Shown here piece after piece: positions 36,738 through 46,831 of a stretch of 64,000 bases of DNA (positions are counted from its first letter, which is position 1; every line of letters begins with the position of its first letter). The notes under the pieces were generated by a model. It was not told where the DNA came from and did no database searches. It saw only the letters and a program-made list of their open reading frames with translations. The translations under genes and the position numbers were made by a program. The stretch is from an uncultured Candidatus Saccharibacteria bacterium. Its GTDB lineage: Bacteria > Patescibacteriota > Doudnabacteria > UBA920. The stretch spans positions 457,237 to 521,236 of the forward strand of contig CAZVXT010000001.1 of NCBI GenBank assembly GCA_964631145.1, written 5' to 3'.

Positions 36738-37502
36738 ATGAATTCGAAAGAAATAAATCAAGAATCTATTGAGGATTCAATTGTTAAAATTAATAATATT
36801 AAATTTCTTAGACGAGCTGCGATTACAAAGCAGCAAGAATCATTAGATCTATTTCGTCAGTCTAAAAATTTGCTACGTGAGTTAATTGATGATATTAATT
36901 CTGGTATTACTACTACAGGCGACATATCTAAAGATTGGTGCTTGGCAAATTATCACGATGTAGAAACTAGTGATATAGATATTTTTGAATTATTTAAATC
37001 TATAGAAAAATTAAAGCAAAAATTTATCAATAATACAGGAAAGTTGATTTGGATTATTGGAATCGAACAAACCCCTTTTAATGATTATATTGAGTCTCAT
37101 GTATTAGGCAGATTAATAGATAGTGATTTTAAACTATCTTATATTGGTGCTCGTTTAGATCTGCAATACGCAGATCTAAGTTTTCCAATAAAAAATTTTG
37201 TGATGATTAGCGGTTCTAAAAATGGACCTTATCATGCTAATGGAGTTAGTATTACTTTAACAATTGGCGAGACTCATAAACAATATTCCTTTGATCTAAC
37301 TAAGTTTGGTAAAAACTGTAAGCATTTGCCACCTTTGCGGTATCTAAATGAAGGGTTCCCTATAGAGCGTGTATGGTTAGAAGTAATTATCGGAGAAGAA
37401 AGTATAGATGAGTGGATAGTTTTTGCTGATAAAACTTCCTCAGACAGTTATTACAGGAGCATAATGGATAAATTAAAATCCGCTCTAGATAATCTAAAAT
37501 AA
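36738..37502 (+). CDS. Hypothetical protein
   Basis: The start was reassigned to the ATG with a GGAGGA RBS; the track's upstream ATG would read through the RBS. No domain was recognised. Confidence 0.5.
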   Translation: MNSKEINQESIEDSIVKINNIKFLRRAAITKQQESLDLFRQSKNLLRELIDDINSGITTTGDISKDWCLANYHDVETSDIDIFELFKSIEKLKQKFINNTGKLIWIIGIEQTPFNDYIESHVLGRLIDSDFKLSYIGARLDLQYADLSFPIKNFVMISGSKNGPYHANGVSITLTIGETHKQYSFDLTKFGKNCKHLPPLRYLNEGFPIERVWLEVIIGEESIDEWIVFADKTSSDSYYRSIMDKLKSALDNLK

Positions 37503-37538
37503 ATATTATGATGTCAATTATAAATTTAGGAGGACTTT

Positions 37539-37910
37539 ATGAGTAATATACTTGTTATTTTTAAAACCGACACTTTTAATAAAGGATCATATAACTGTTT
37601 AAGTTTTATGAGTTGGGAAAATTCTATCACACCTTCTGAAGCAATAAACTCTTGTTTAAACGGAACATGGAAAAATTCTTATATAGCAGGTAATTTTGAG
37701 CAATTAAAGCTGATGCTAGAAAAAGAAGTAATTCGTAGAAAGATCAAACGCGAAGATCTAATTTTAAGCCCAGTTCAAATTATTACAATCCCTGCCCCAT
37801 TTATGAGTATTAGTATAAATTCAGAAAATCAACCTGTTAACACAATATGCCAACCTATAAATACAGCAGAGCTGCAAAATTTAGGCGAAATTATAAACCA
37901 TCTTTTATAA
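37539..37910 (+). CDS. Hypothetical small protein
   Basis: A GGAGGA RBS ('ttaggaggactttATG') precedes it; no domain was recognised. Confidence 0.45.
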   Translation: MSNILVIFKTDTFNKGSYNCLSFMSWENSITPSEAINSCLNGTWKNSYIAGNFEQLKLMLEKEVIRRKIKREDLILSPVQIITIPAPFMSISINSENQPVNTICQPINTAELQNLGEIINHLL

Positions 37911-37914
37911 TTGT

Positions 37915-38280
37915 TTATCTGCTGGATTTGTTGAAACCTGCATCTATGGCTTCTTGTTCAGAATCAAAACAAAGTTCGGCAGTTGTCCGATCATAAAATG
38001 CACCACCTACCACATGGTAGGTTTTCTTTTGTCCAGAAATATTTCCTTTGATTAAGCAATTAGTATCCCCTGCTCCTGTTATATTATTAACAGGTTTTTT
38101 ATTTTCTGTTTTTTGCGAGCTCTCTTTATTTGTGGTATAATTAGATTGATTTTTATTCTTATTGGGATATAATTTACTACCTACAGAAACACCAAAACCG
38201 AATGTTATGCCACAAACTAGTATTATCAGCCCAAATAACTTTAATTTAATATTTATATTAGGATCATTAATAAAATTCAT
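37915..38280 (-). CDS. Small membrane-anchored protein with C-terminal IKGNIS...YH...CF...EA..AGF motif domain
   Basis: An N-terminal TM is present. The C-terminal motif resembles a small domain seen N-terminal to secreted nucleases and DNA-uptake proteins; this is an uncertain recollection. Confidence 0.35.
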   Translation of the reverse strand: MNFINDPNINIKLKLFGLIILVCGITFGFGVSVGSKLYPNKNKNQSNYTTNKESSQKTENKKPVNNITGAGDTNCLIKGNISGQKKTYHVVGGAFYDRTTAELCFDSEQEAIDAGFNKSSR

Positions 38281-38299
38281 TTAATAAGAGGGTTAATTT

Positions 38300-39583
38300 A
38301 TGCAATACGCATTTGTTTTGGGTAGGGTCCATACTCTATCAATAGCAGAAATATTTTTTTATTTTCAAAAGCAAAATATAGCTTTACGGGTGATTGATAT
38401 GTCCCCTGAAGTTTTGATTATCGATACAGATAGTCAGATTGATTTTCTTAAAATTCAAAAAGAACTTGGTGGGGTTGTTAAAATTTTGAAAGTCATAGAT
38501 GAAGTTAAGAAAAAAGAAACTGATTATCTTAACTTTGCTTTGCAAAATTACTTTAAGCCTAGCAAGTTAAAAAACGACTTTTTAAAAAACGCTAAAGGTA
38601 AGCTTCAGATTGGCATTAGTGTTTATTTATTAGACTCTACTGTTAAAGCTTTTGGTGAACCAAAGCGTATTGGTATGTTTATTAAGAGGTCTTTGCAGGA
38701 TGCTGGTTCTATTATTCGTTTAGTTTTACCTCAGTTTAATGGTTTGGCTTTGCCTTCGGTATCTGTTACGCATAATCATTTATTAGAAAAAGGTGTGGAA
38801 ATTTGTATTCTTGCTGCTAACAAAAAGGTTTATGTGGCTAAGACATTGGTTGTACAAGCTTTCGAAGACTATGGGCGCCGTGATTATCAAAGACCTGTTC
38901 GCGATGACAAGCAAGGAATGATACCTCCAAAAGTTGCTCAGATGATGATTAATTTTTCTGGAGGTAAAATTGGCGAGACTTTATATGATCCTTTTTGCGG
39001 TATTGGGACAATTTTACAAGAAGGTATACTGCTTGGATATAGATTTTTAGGCACGGACCTTAACCCGATTGCTATTTCTGGTAGTGAGAAGAATTTAGAA
39101 TGGTTTAGAAATCGATATAAAATCCCTAAAGGAAAATATCATGTAGAGGTTAGTGATGCAATAAAATGCAATCACATTGTAGAAAACCTCAAAACTATAG
39201 GGGCTTTTAGTACTATCTCCGGGATTGTCACAGAGGGTTATTTGGGACCTATGTATACCGAGTTTCCAAAATCAGATGATATTGAAAAGAATTTTAATGA
39301 TCTAAAACAATTATATACTGCTAGTTTTCAAGAATTTTTAAAGTTTTTACCTACTGGTGGGCGTGTGGTTTTGTGTATTCCTGCTTATAAAAAACGCGAT
39401 AATTATACCCTTTTTCCTTATATTGACGATTTGCTTCAAATTGGCTATAATTTGATAGACTTAATTCCTCAGAATTTAGCTCAAAATGTACCTTTTTTGA
39501 AGCTCACAGAGCGTGGTACTGCCATATATGATCGTAAGGATCAGATTGTGGCGAGAGAAATAGTCATCTTTGAAGTTAAGTAA
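38300..39583 (+). CDS. THUMP-like domain + class I SAM-dependent RNA (N2-G / N6-A type) methyltransferase
   Basis: ..KVAQMMINFSGGKIGETLYDPFCGIGTILQEG..GTDLNP.. matches the DPFCGSGT-type methyltransferase motif. Confidence 0.65.
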   Translation: MQYAFVLGRVHTLSIAEIFFYFQKQNIALRVIDMSPEVLIIDTDSQIDFLKIQKELGGVVKILKVIDEVKKKETDYLNFALQNYFKPSKLKNDFLKNAKGKLQIGISVYLLDSTVKAFGEPKRIGMFIKRSLQDAGSIIRLVLPQFNGLALPSVSVTHNHLLEKGVEICILAANKKVYVAKTLVVQAFEDYGRRDYQRPVRDDKQGMIPPKVAQMMINFSGGKIGETLYDPFCGIGTILQEGILLGYRFLGTDLNPIAISGSEKNLEWFRNRYKIPKGKYHVEVSDAIKCNHIVENLKTIGAFSTISGIVTEGYLGPMYTEFPKSDDIEKNFNDLKQLYTASFQEFLKFLPTGGRVVLCIPAYKKRDNYTLFPYIDDLLQIGYNLIDLIPQNLAQNVPFLKLTERGTAIYDRKDQIVAREIVIFEVK

Positions 39584-39852
39584 ATTACATATTTGGTAAT
39601 TTCTTCGTTAAAATGCTCCGGTAATTTTCACTGTAGTTATAACTACAGCTCAAATTATCCCCACATTTTGCCTCGAATTTACTCAAATATCTAATTTACC
39701 ACGAAGACTTCTAAGATTTTATATACATGCAATCTTCCCAAATATTAATTGGCTCGCCAGCTTATTAGTTAACTGGAAGTTTTTACAAGTTAAGTTTTGT
39801 TAATCGAGGCATCGCCAAAAGCGAAATTGATTAGCAAATTGCAGAAGTTCTT

Positions 39853-40137
39853 ATGGCTCATAAGAAAGCTGGTGGATCTACTAGTTTAGGTCGCGATTCT
39901 GTCTCCAAGCGTCTTGGTGTTAAAGTTTTTGGTAACCAACGTATTAGTAAAGGTGAAATTATTGTTCGTCAACACGGTAATAAATTTCATGCTGGAAAAA
40001 ATGTTAACAACGGTGGCGATAATACTCTTTATTCTCTAATCGATGGTATTGTGAAGTTTCAAGTTAAAATGGTTCGTAAGTTCCATGGTAACCTCCGCAA
40101 AACTAAAATCGTTAGCGTAGAACCACTTCAGAAATAA
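39853..40137 (+). CDS. rpmA: 50S ribosomal protein L27 with short C-terminal extension
   Basis: [42 protein letters not shown].. Confidence 0.93.
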   Translation: MAHKKAGGSTSLGRDSVSKRLGVKVFGNQRISKGEIIVRQHGNKFHAGKNVNNGGDNTLYSLIDGIVKFQVKMVRKFHGNLRKTKIVSVEPLQK

Positions 40138-40143
40138 TTAAAA

Positions 40144-40168
40144 ACACCCTCATAGGGTGTTTTTAATT
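40144..40168. terminator. Bidirectional intrinsic terminator
   Basis: AAAAACACCCTCATAGGGTGTTTTTAATTTT. Confidence 0.7.
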
Positions 40169-40572
40169 TTAGATAATACTTTGTCATGATGGCTATGATG
40201 TCTTGGTCTACTCATAAATCTATTTTTCAACTCTTCTTCATTTGCTTTACAATGTATTATATAGATTTTTGGTTGATATTTATTTCCCCATTTGGTAAAT
40301 AAATCGATATTACCTTCAAAAATAAATGGGGCTTCTATAATTAAATTTGCTTTGTTAGATAGTTGTTCTTCCGTTAAGGACTCTAAAATTTGCATACTAA
40401 TATTGCCAGCTTTTTTACTCTCATCAAGCGTTTTCATATCTAATTCATGATATAAAACTTCTTTAATAGAATCTTTACTGATTAATGCAATATTTAATTT
40501 TTTAGCTAATGCCATGGCTAACGTTGTTTTGCCGCTCCCAGAGCTTCCACATACTATAAATAATCTGTTCAT
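40150..40572 (-). CDS. Small P-loop NTPase / kinase-like protein (AAA_33-type)
   Basis: Walker A motif GSSGSGKTT lies near the N-terminus. Confidence 0.55.
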   Translation of the reverse strand: MNRLFIVCGSSGSGKTTLAMALAKKLNIALISKDSIKEVLYHELDMKTLDESKKAGNISMQILESLTEEQLSNKANLIIEAPFIFEGNIDLFTKWGNKYQPKIYIIHCKANEEELKNRFMSRPRHHSHHDKVLSKIKNTL

Positions 40573-40577
40573 ATTCT

Positions 40578-42266
40578 TTATTTAAGAGATTTTACAAAAG
40601 CGTTAAATAGTGGGTGTGGGCTAAACGGTCGAGATTTAAATTCTGGGTGAAATTGGGTGGCTATAAAAAATGGATGATCTGGTAATTCTATGATTTCTAC
40701 CAAGTGACCGTCTGGACTAGTCCCGGCAATGATCAATCCTAAATCTTCTAGCTTTTGACGATAATCATTATTAAACTCATAGCGATGACGATGACGTTCC
40801 GAGATTTTTGCTTGCTTTATTCCTTTTTTAAACCAACCTGATCTTTCGTAAGCTGTATAGGTTTTGGTTCCGGGGGTTAATAAGCAATCCCATACCCCTA
40901 ATCTCATTGTTGCGCCGTACTCGCGGTTAAGAAGTAGTTTTTCTTGTTCAGGCATAATATGTATTACAGGATGTTTTGTGTTAGGCTCAACTTCAGTTGT
41001 ATTTGCAGTACGAAGTTTAGCAATGCTTCGGGCAAATTCTATGGTTGCAAGCTGCATGCCGTAACAAAGCCCTAAATAAGGAATTTTGTTGATCCTGGCG
41101 TATTTTGCTGCTTGAATAATGCCTTCTATTCCCCTACTGCCAAATCCTCCCGGTACACATATGCCGCTGTAGCCTTGTAAGACAGCTTTAGCACCGTCTT
41201 TTTCTATTTTACTGCTTGATATCCAATCTAGTTCAATTTTTTTATTTTGAGCCCAAGAAGCATGTTTAAGCGCTTCAATTACTGATACATATACATCAGC
41301 AAGTTGATAATTTCCTGTTTCAAAATACTTGCCAACAACAGCAATTTTATGAACAGAGTTTTGTTTGCTGACACTAGAAATTTTTTGTGAAAGTTTCTGC
41401 CAATTTTGTAGACCTGATTTTTTTACAGGCATACCAAATTTTTCTAGCAATTTACTCGCAAGCCCTTCTTTGTCAAAATTTACCGGCACATGATAAATAC
41501 TATCAACATTTGGAGCTGCTATGATATGGCTTTTGGGAATATTTGTAGTCCAAGCCAGTGTTTCTTTTCTTCTATCATCAATTTTATTTTCTGCTCTAGC
41601 AATCAGAAAGTCTGGTTGAATACCAGAGGCAATAAGTTGCTTCACAGAATTTTGTACAGGTTTGGACTTCATCTCTCCAACGCTTGGTGGTGTTGGTAGA
41701 TAAGCTACATGTATATGTGCAACATCTCGACCATCTCTGTACTTCATTATGCGATTTGCTTCGATGAATAAAATGTTTTGGTATTCTCCTACTGTACCGC
41801 CAATTTCACAGATAACAAAGTCTGCTTTGCGCTTTCGAGCTGCTTCTTCGAGCCTGTATATAATTTCTTCAGGAACATGCAAGGCAACTTCTACATCTTC
41901 ACCGCCGTATTCAAAATTTCTTTCTTTCTGAATTATGCGCTGAAATAATTGACCATTGGTAACATAATTAGCGCTAGATAGATCCGTGTTTAAAAATCTT
42001 TCGTAATTTCCTAAGTCTTGATCGGTTTCCATACCGTCATCTGTTACAAAAACTTCACCATGCTCTTGAGGTCTTATAGTTCCTGCATCAACATTTAAAT
42101 AAGCATCGCATTTTACAGGAGCGACAGTGTATCCACGTGCTTGAAGTAATGCTGACAATGAAGCTGTGGTAATACCTTTACCAACCGAAGAAATTACTCC
42201 ACCAGAAATAAATATAAATTTGGTATTAAGTTTTTTTGCTTTTCGGGTTTTAACGTGATAAGACAT
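40578..42266 (-). CDS. pyrG: CTP synthase
   Basis: ..KFIFISGGVISSVGKGITTASL.. and the GATase GLCYGMQ motif match. Confidence 0.95.
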   Translation of the reverse strand: MSYHVKTRKAKKLNTKFIFISGGVISSVGKGITTASLSALLQARGYTVAPVKCDAYLNVDAGTIRPQEHGEVFVTDDGMETDQDLGNYERFLNTDLSSANYVTNGQLFQRIIQKERNFEYGGEDVEVALHVPEEIIYRLEEAARKRKADFVICEIGGTVGEYQNILFIEANRIMKYRDGRDVAHIHVAYLPTPPSVGEMKSKPVQNSVKQLIASGIQPDFLIARAENKIDDRRKETLAWTTNIPKSHIIAAPNVDSIYHVPVNFDKEGLASKLLEKFGMPVKKSGLQNWQKLSQKISSVSKQNSVHKIAVVGKYFETGNYQLADVYVSVIEALKHASWAQNKKIELDWISSSKIEKDGAKAVLQGYSGICVPGGFGSRGIEGIIQAAKYARINKIPYLGLCYGMQLATIEFARSIAKLRTANTTEVEPNTKHPVIHIMPEQEKLLLNREYGATMRLGVWDCLLTPGTKTYTAYERSGWFKKGIKQAKISERHRHRYEFNNDYRQKLEDLGLIIAGTSPDGHLVEIIELPDHPFFIATQFHPEFKSRPFSPHPLFNAFVKSLK

Positions 42267-42403
42267 ATTAATTTACTTTATATTTTTCTACTCTAACTAA
42301 ATTTGCCTTCACTCCGTCAGGAGTTTGTATGGAAGATTTGGCAATAATCACCATGTATATTTTATTGTTCATTTTGTATCGGTTAGTAAATTAAAGTTAT
42401 CTA

Positions 42404-43066
42404 TTAAAATGTATTAAAAGATTTTACTATGCTTTCAGTGGTTTTGGGATAATCATATTGAAAGGTTTCTTGTATGCTGATAACATAAATACTATTATTT
42501 TTTCCTTCTATGTAATAAGTTGGATAATTGCCGAATCCGCCAAGTATTGTTGAGTATGCTCTTTGGTTATTGATCTGCATTTCTTTGTAACCATAATTTT
42601 TACCACTTGCATCGTGTGCGTAAGAATCCATTGCATCTAATAGTCTAGGTATTGTTGTGATAGCTTTTTTATCAATAGTTTCGTCATGCAAAAATTGTTC
42701 TGCTACCAAATCTCGTAAAGTATTGTATTTGCGAATTTGTATATCCTCGCCATATCCTTCACCCCATACTTCTCCTGACTCTATTTGTCTTGTGGTTTCT
42801 TCATTTTTCGGACTATTAAATGTAATAGTTTGATTGAGGTATTTTGATTCTGTAATAACCCAATCTTCAGGAATACCGATTGAAAATTTTAAATCCTGAT
42901 TTTTATATTCCTTTAAACTAGGTATCATCTCCGGCGGGTTATTTTTAGTTGTAATTGGTATGCTGCCACCATTTTCAGCATGGTTGCGTGTTAGCTGTAA
43001 TGTAAAAACCGCTCCAATTAGAATAACTAAAATAATTATATATAAAATTGCAAACTTTTTATTCAT
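42404..43066 (-). CDS. Hypothetical secreted protein (N-terminal TM/signal)
   Basis: An N-terminal hydrophobic segment is present; no domain was recognised. Confidence 0.45.
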   Translation of the reverse strand: MNKKFAILYIIILVILIGAVFTLQLTRNHAENGGSIPITTKNNPPEMIPSLKEYKNQDLKFSIGIPEDWVITESKYLNQTITFNSPKNEETTRQIESGEVWGEGYGEDIQIRKYNTLRDLVAEQFLHDETIDKKAITTIPRLLDAMDSYAHDASGKNYGYKEMQINNQRAYSTILGGFGNYPTYYIEGKNNSIYVISIQETFQYDYPKTTESIVKSFNTF

Positions 43067-43068
43067 AT

Positions 43069-43515
43069 TTATTTGCTTTCTATATTAACTTTTAAAATCA
43101 TGTTTACACCACTGCCCAGTTTAACTTTAATTTCATGAAGTCCTGGCTTTTTTAAGCTATGCAAGTTGGGTAACAGATTGGCATCCAATTCAATTTTTGT
43201 TTTTTGGTATATTACCGCAAGAAGATCTTTTTTCTCAATTGCTCCAAAGACTTGCCCCTTGCTTCCAACTTTAATTAGCACTGTAAAAATCCTTTTTTCC
43301 AATTCTTTTTTTATTTTATGATTTCTTTCCAATTCTCTTTTTTGTTTTGCAGTTTTTTCTGTTAATTCTTTTTTTAATTTTTGCTCTGCTTCTGGGGTTG
43401 CGACAATAGCTGATTTGGTTTTGATAAGAAAGTTATTAGCATAGCCGTCATTAACCTCTTTTATCTCCCCCTTTTTACCCACCCCTTTAACATCTTTTAG
43501 TAAAATGACTTTCAT
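43069..43515 (-). CDS. rplI: 50S ribosomal protein L9
   Basis: [31 protein letters not shown].. Confidence 0.9.
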   Translation of the reverse strand: MKVILLKDVKGVGKKGEIKEVNDGYANNFLIKTKSAIVATPEAEQKLKKELTEKTAKQKRELERNHKIKKELEKRIFTVLIKVGSKGQVFGAIEKKDLLAVIYQKTKIELDANLLPNLHSLKKPGLHEIKVKLGSGVNMILKVNIESK

Positions 43516-43614
43516 AATAATAAATTAAAAATAAAAAGAACCAGACTTTTGAGAGTCATGGCTCTTTTTTATTATATCTGGTTGTATTAATGCGTCAATG
43601 CTTGCTGTGGACAA

Positions 43615-44532
43615 TTAAATCTTTAAATATTTACGCATTGCCCAAAGACTGGAAATCGTACTTAGGGTAAAAGCAATAATTAGTTGTAATAAAATAACTA
43701 GTAAGAAATTGATAATATTACCATTGAAAATCTGATTTCCAGGAGCTAGATACATACCAATTTTAGGTAAAATATTAAAATAAATTGGCGTTAATAGTAT
43801 GCTGGTAATAATTGCTGCAATTACGCTATACATTAAAGCTTCGACTATAAATGGACCTCTAATATACCAATTTGTTGCACCTACTAAGCGCATTATTTCT
43901 ACTTCTTCTCGCCTGTTGTATATAGTTAAGGCAATTGTATTAAATATTACTAAGATTGCAATCAAGCAGAAAACTGTCATCAAAATAAGCCCGAAAGTGA
44001 TAATAAATTTTAGTAATGTATTTAATCTATTAATTATTACTCTGTTATCTTCAAAGTTTACTTTTTCAATTTTATCTTTGTATTTATCCGAAGAAAGATT
44101 TTCAGCTATAGCGCTATAATCATCTAGATTATCTGCTTTAATTTGAAGTGTTGCTGGTAAAGGATTTTCTGACAACTCATCGATAGATTCCATTATAAGT
44201 TTGTCGTTTTTATGTTTTTCTTTAAAATCCCTAAAAGCTTGCTCTGATGAGATGTAGGTAACAGTTTTTACTTTAGGATTAGACCTAAGATCATCTCTAA
44301 CCACTAATATTTGAGGTTCTGTGGTGCCTGTTTTGAAATAAGCACTAATATCTACTCTTTGTTGGATGGATTCTATAGAGTAGTTAGTAATTATAAACAA
44401 TAAACTTAGGACAGATAAAATAATCAAGGTAACAGTCATGATTAGAGTGGATGCACCTGCTAGCCATAAGTTTCTTTTTAGATTAAGAATACCGTTTTTA
44501 ATTATACGGTAAAGAGAAATAAGTGACTTCAT
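43615..44532 (-). CDS. ftsX: Cell-division ABC-transporter-like permease FtsX
   Basis: It has FtsX topology: TM1, a large extracytoplasmic loop and three C-terminal TMs. It overlaps ftsE by 1 nt. Confidence 0.85.
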   Translation of the reverse strand: MKSLISLYRIIKNGILNLKRNLWLAGASTLIMTVTLIILSVLSLLFIITNYSIESIQQRVDISAYFKTGTTEPQILVVRDDLRSNPKVKTVTYISSEQAFRDFKEKHKNDKLIMESIDELSENPLPATLQIKADNLDDYSAIAENLSSDKYKDKIEKVNFEDNRVIINRLNTLLKFIITFGLILMTVFCLIAILVIFNTIALTIYNRREEVEIMRLVGATNWYIRGPFIVEALMYSVIAAIITSILLTPIYFNILPKIGMYLAPGNQIFNGNIINFLLVILLQLIIAFTLSTISSLWAMRKYLKI

Positions 44533-45209
44533 TATAGTTTGTACTTTCCTTTCTCTTGCTCTAATGTAACTTGCCCACCTTCGATAGTAATTACACGCTT
44601 TTTTATTTTGTTAACAATATCAGCTGCGTGGGTTGCAAGAATTACAGTTGTGCCTAGTTTATTAATCTTCAAAAGAAGATCAATGACTTCTGCTGCATTA
44701 ATTTCGTCTAAGTTTCCGGTCGGTTCGTCTGCTAATAGCAAAACAGGTCTATGTGATAGGCTTCTTGCAATAGCAACGCGTTGCTTTTCGCCGCCACTCA
44801 TTTCATGAGGAAAACTCTCTTGTTTATGTCCAAGTCCAACTAACTCTAAAATTTTAGGTACGTCTTTGAGAATTTGTTCTTTTCTATGTCCGGCTACTTC
44901 CATGGCAAAAGCTACATTTTCAAATGCAGTCCTCTTTGGGAGCAATTTTATATCTTGAAATACGGTTCCGATTTTACGTCTGAGATAAGGCAGATCGGAT
45001 TTTTTGATGCGTGACATATCTATATCATCAATCAAAATGCTTCCATCGTCTAGTTCTTCTTCTCCGATGATAAGCTTCATTAAAGTAGATTTTCCTGCAC
45101 CGCTCATCCCTACCAAAGAAATAAACTCCCCTTGCTTAATATGCAAGTTGATGTTGTTTAAAGCTTTGTGATCACCGTAATATTTTATAACGTTTTTAAA
45201 CGTAATCAT
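44532..45209 (-). CDS. ftsE: Cell-division ATP-binding protein FtsE
   Basis: Walker A GMSGAGKST, the ABC signature LSGGEKQRVAIAR and Walker B LLLADEPTGNLD are present. Confidence 0.93.
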   Translation of the reverse strand: MITFKNVIKYYGDHKALNNINLHIKQGEFISLVGMSGAGKSTLMKLIIGEEELDDGSILIDDIDMSRIKKSDLPYLRRKIGTVFQDIKLLPKRTAFENVAFAMEVAGHRKEQILKDVPKILELVGLGHKQESFPHEMSGGEKQRVAIARSLSHRPVLLLADEPTGNLDEINAAEVIDLLLKINKLGTTVILATHAADIVNKIKKRVITIEGGQVTLEQEKGKYKL

Positions 45210-45314
45210 ACTAGATAATTATACCATAATAGCATATAGGTTGAAAATTTGTGACGGTTGTGTTATATTATTTGGTGCTTAAATAAAGCATTGATCACAA
45301 ATTTTTGGAGGAAA

Positions 45315-45407
45315 TATGTATACTAAAGTTGCTTGTCCAACTCAATCAGATTTTGAAAATTTATTGAACTTTTATCAAAATAAAACTAAATTGATAAAGG
45401 CAAATTA
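45315..45407 (+). CDS. Candidate 30-aa small ORF with strong Shine-Dalgarno (MYTKVACPTQSDFENLLNFYQNKTKLIKAN)
   Basis: 'ttttGGAGGaaatATG' gives a consensus SD 6 nt from the ATG, in an otherwise ORF-poor 480-bp intergenic region divergent from ftsEX. Confidence 0.3.
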
Positions 45408-45688
45408 ATTTCTATTAAAAATCATGCTAGAGATTGTCATAAATGTCACAATACTATTTTGAATCTTGTTTTAAGGACTGATAATGAAAATGAAGTTGTC
45501 GCTTCTCCAAACGATATTAGTGAAGTTATGGCATTAGAATCTAATAATACTGCAAACCAACCTTTTTGCAATTTCCCGCATTTAACGATTGTGGATCCAG
45601 AAAGAAATAACGATGGAAAATTGTCTTTGACTGCAAAAAAAAGTTATATAAAAAATTAACTGGAGCTATACTTAATAGCCCCAGTATT

Positions 45689-46783
45689 TTATTTATTTAA
45701 ATTTTGTTCTAAGTATTTTTCTACAAAATTATCGAGATTTCCATCTAGAACTTTATCGGGATCTGATTCTTCATAATTAGTGCGATGGTCTTTGACCAGT
45801 TTGTATGGATGTAGGACATAAGACCTAATTTGATTGCCCCATTCTGCGGACTTAAATTCTCCCCTTAGCTCTTTTTTTTCTGCCGCCAGTTTTTGGTCTT
45901 CTAATGCTTGAAGTTTGCTTTGCAGGATCTTTAATGCAAGTTCTTTATTTTGATGTTGACTTCTTTCATTTTGGATACTAACTTTTATTCCCGTAGGTTT
46001 ATGGGTAATTCTGATGGCACTATATGTAGTATTAACGCTCTGTCCACCATGACCCGATGCTGTATTGGCTTCGATTTCTAAATCTTTAGGGTCTAGCTTT
46101 ATTTCTTCTTGTTCTTCCAATTCTGGAATAAGTTCGAGCAGTGCAAAGGATGTTTCTCTTGTATGCGCAGGGTTAAAAGGGCTAAGCCTGACTAGTCTGT
46201 GCACTCCAGCTTCACTTTTTAGATAACCATAAGCATAGCTTCCTTTTACATGAACAGTGCAAGATTTTATACCAGCTTCTCCACCTTTGCTTTCATCAAT
46301 TATCTCTGCTTTGAGATTTTTGCCTTCGCAGTACCTTAAAAACATCCGTACTAACATTTCTGCCCAGTCTTGGGCATCTGTCCCGCCAGCACCAGCATGG
46401 ATACTAAAAATAGCATTGTGGTTATCAAATTTATCAGATAGAAGTGTTAAAAGCCTATTGTCGTGATATTTTTTTTCTAAATCTTCGACTTGGCTTTGCA
46501 AGAAATTAATAGTCTCGGTGGTATTATCTGTATTAGACTTTAGCAGTTCTGCTAACTCTGTGCCATTTTCTTGTAAATGATTCCAAAACTCAACAAAACT
46601 TTTTAAAGTATTGTATTCCTGACTGGTCTTCTGAGCTTGCTCGGGATTTGACCAAAAATCTGCACCTTGCATTAATTCTTCTAATTCTGCAATTTTTTGG
46701 CGCTTGTGATCTAAATTTAAATAAGATATCAAGTTATCTGCCTCTGATAATATGTAATGTACTCTGGTAATATATTCATTCAT
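45689..46783 (-). CDS. prfB: Peptide chain release factor 2 (single uninterrupted frame)
   Basis: The GGQ motif (ASGHGGQSVNTT) and the SPF tripeptide (RLSPFNPAH) are present. The full length sits in one frame, so no +1 frameshift site is needed. Confidence 0.93.
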   Translation of the reverse strand: MNEYITRVHYILSEADNLISYLNLDHKRQKIAELEELMQGADFWSNPEQAQKTSQEYNTLKSFVEFWNHLQENGTELAELLKSNTDNTTETINFLQSQVEDLEKKYHDNRLLTLLSDKFDNHNAIFSIHAGAGGTDAQDWAEMLVRMFLRYCEGKNLKAEIIDESKGGEAGIKSCTVHVKGSYAYGYLKSEAGVHRLVRLSPFNPAHTRETSFALLELIPELEEQEEIKLDPKDLEIEANTASGHGGQSVNTTYSAIRITHKPTGIKVSIQNERSQHQNKELALKILQSKLQALEDQKLAAEKKELRGEFKSAEWGNQIRSYVLHPYKLVKDHRTNYEESDPDKVLDGNLDNFVEKYLEQNLNK

Positions 46784-46831
46784 ATGATAATTATAGCCAA
46801 GATTTCTACAAAATAAAAAGCCCGCTGTATA

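Noticed and set aside
43516-43614. Possible terminator between ftsX and rplI
   Set aside because: Only weak 4-bp stems could be drawn (AGAG...CTCT); it was not reported as a feature.
45689-46783. Programmed +1 frameshift in prfB
   Set aside because: The whole RF2 (364 aa, with GGQ and SPF) is in one uninterrupted frame and there is no in-frame early UGA, so this gene does not use the autoregulatory frameshift.
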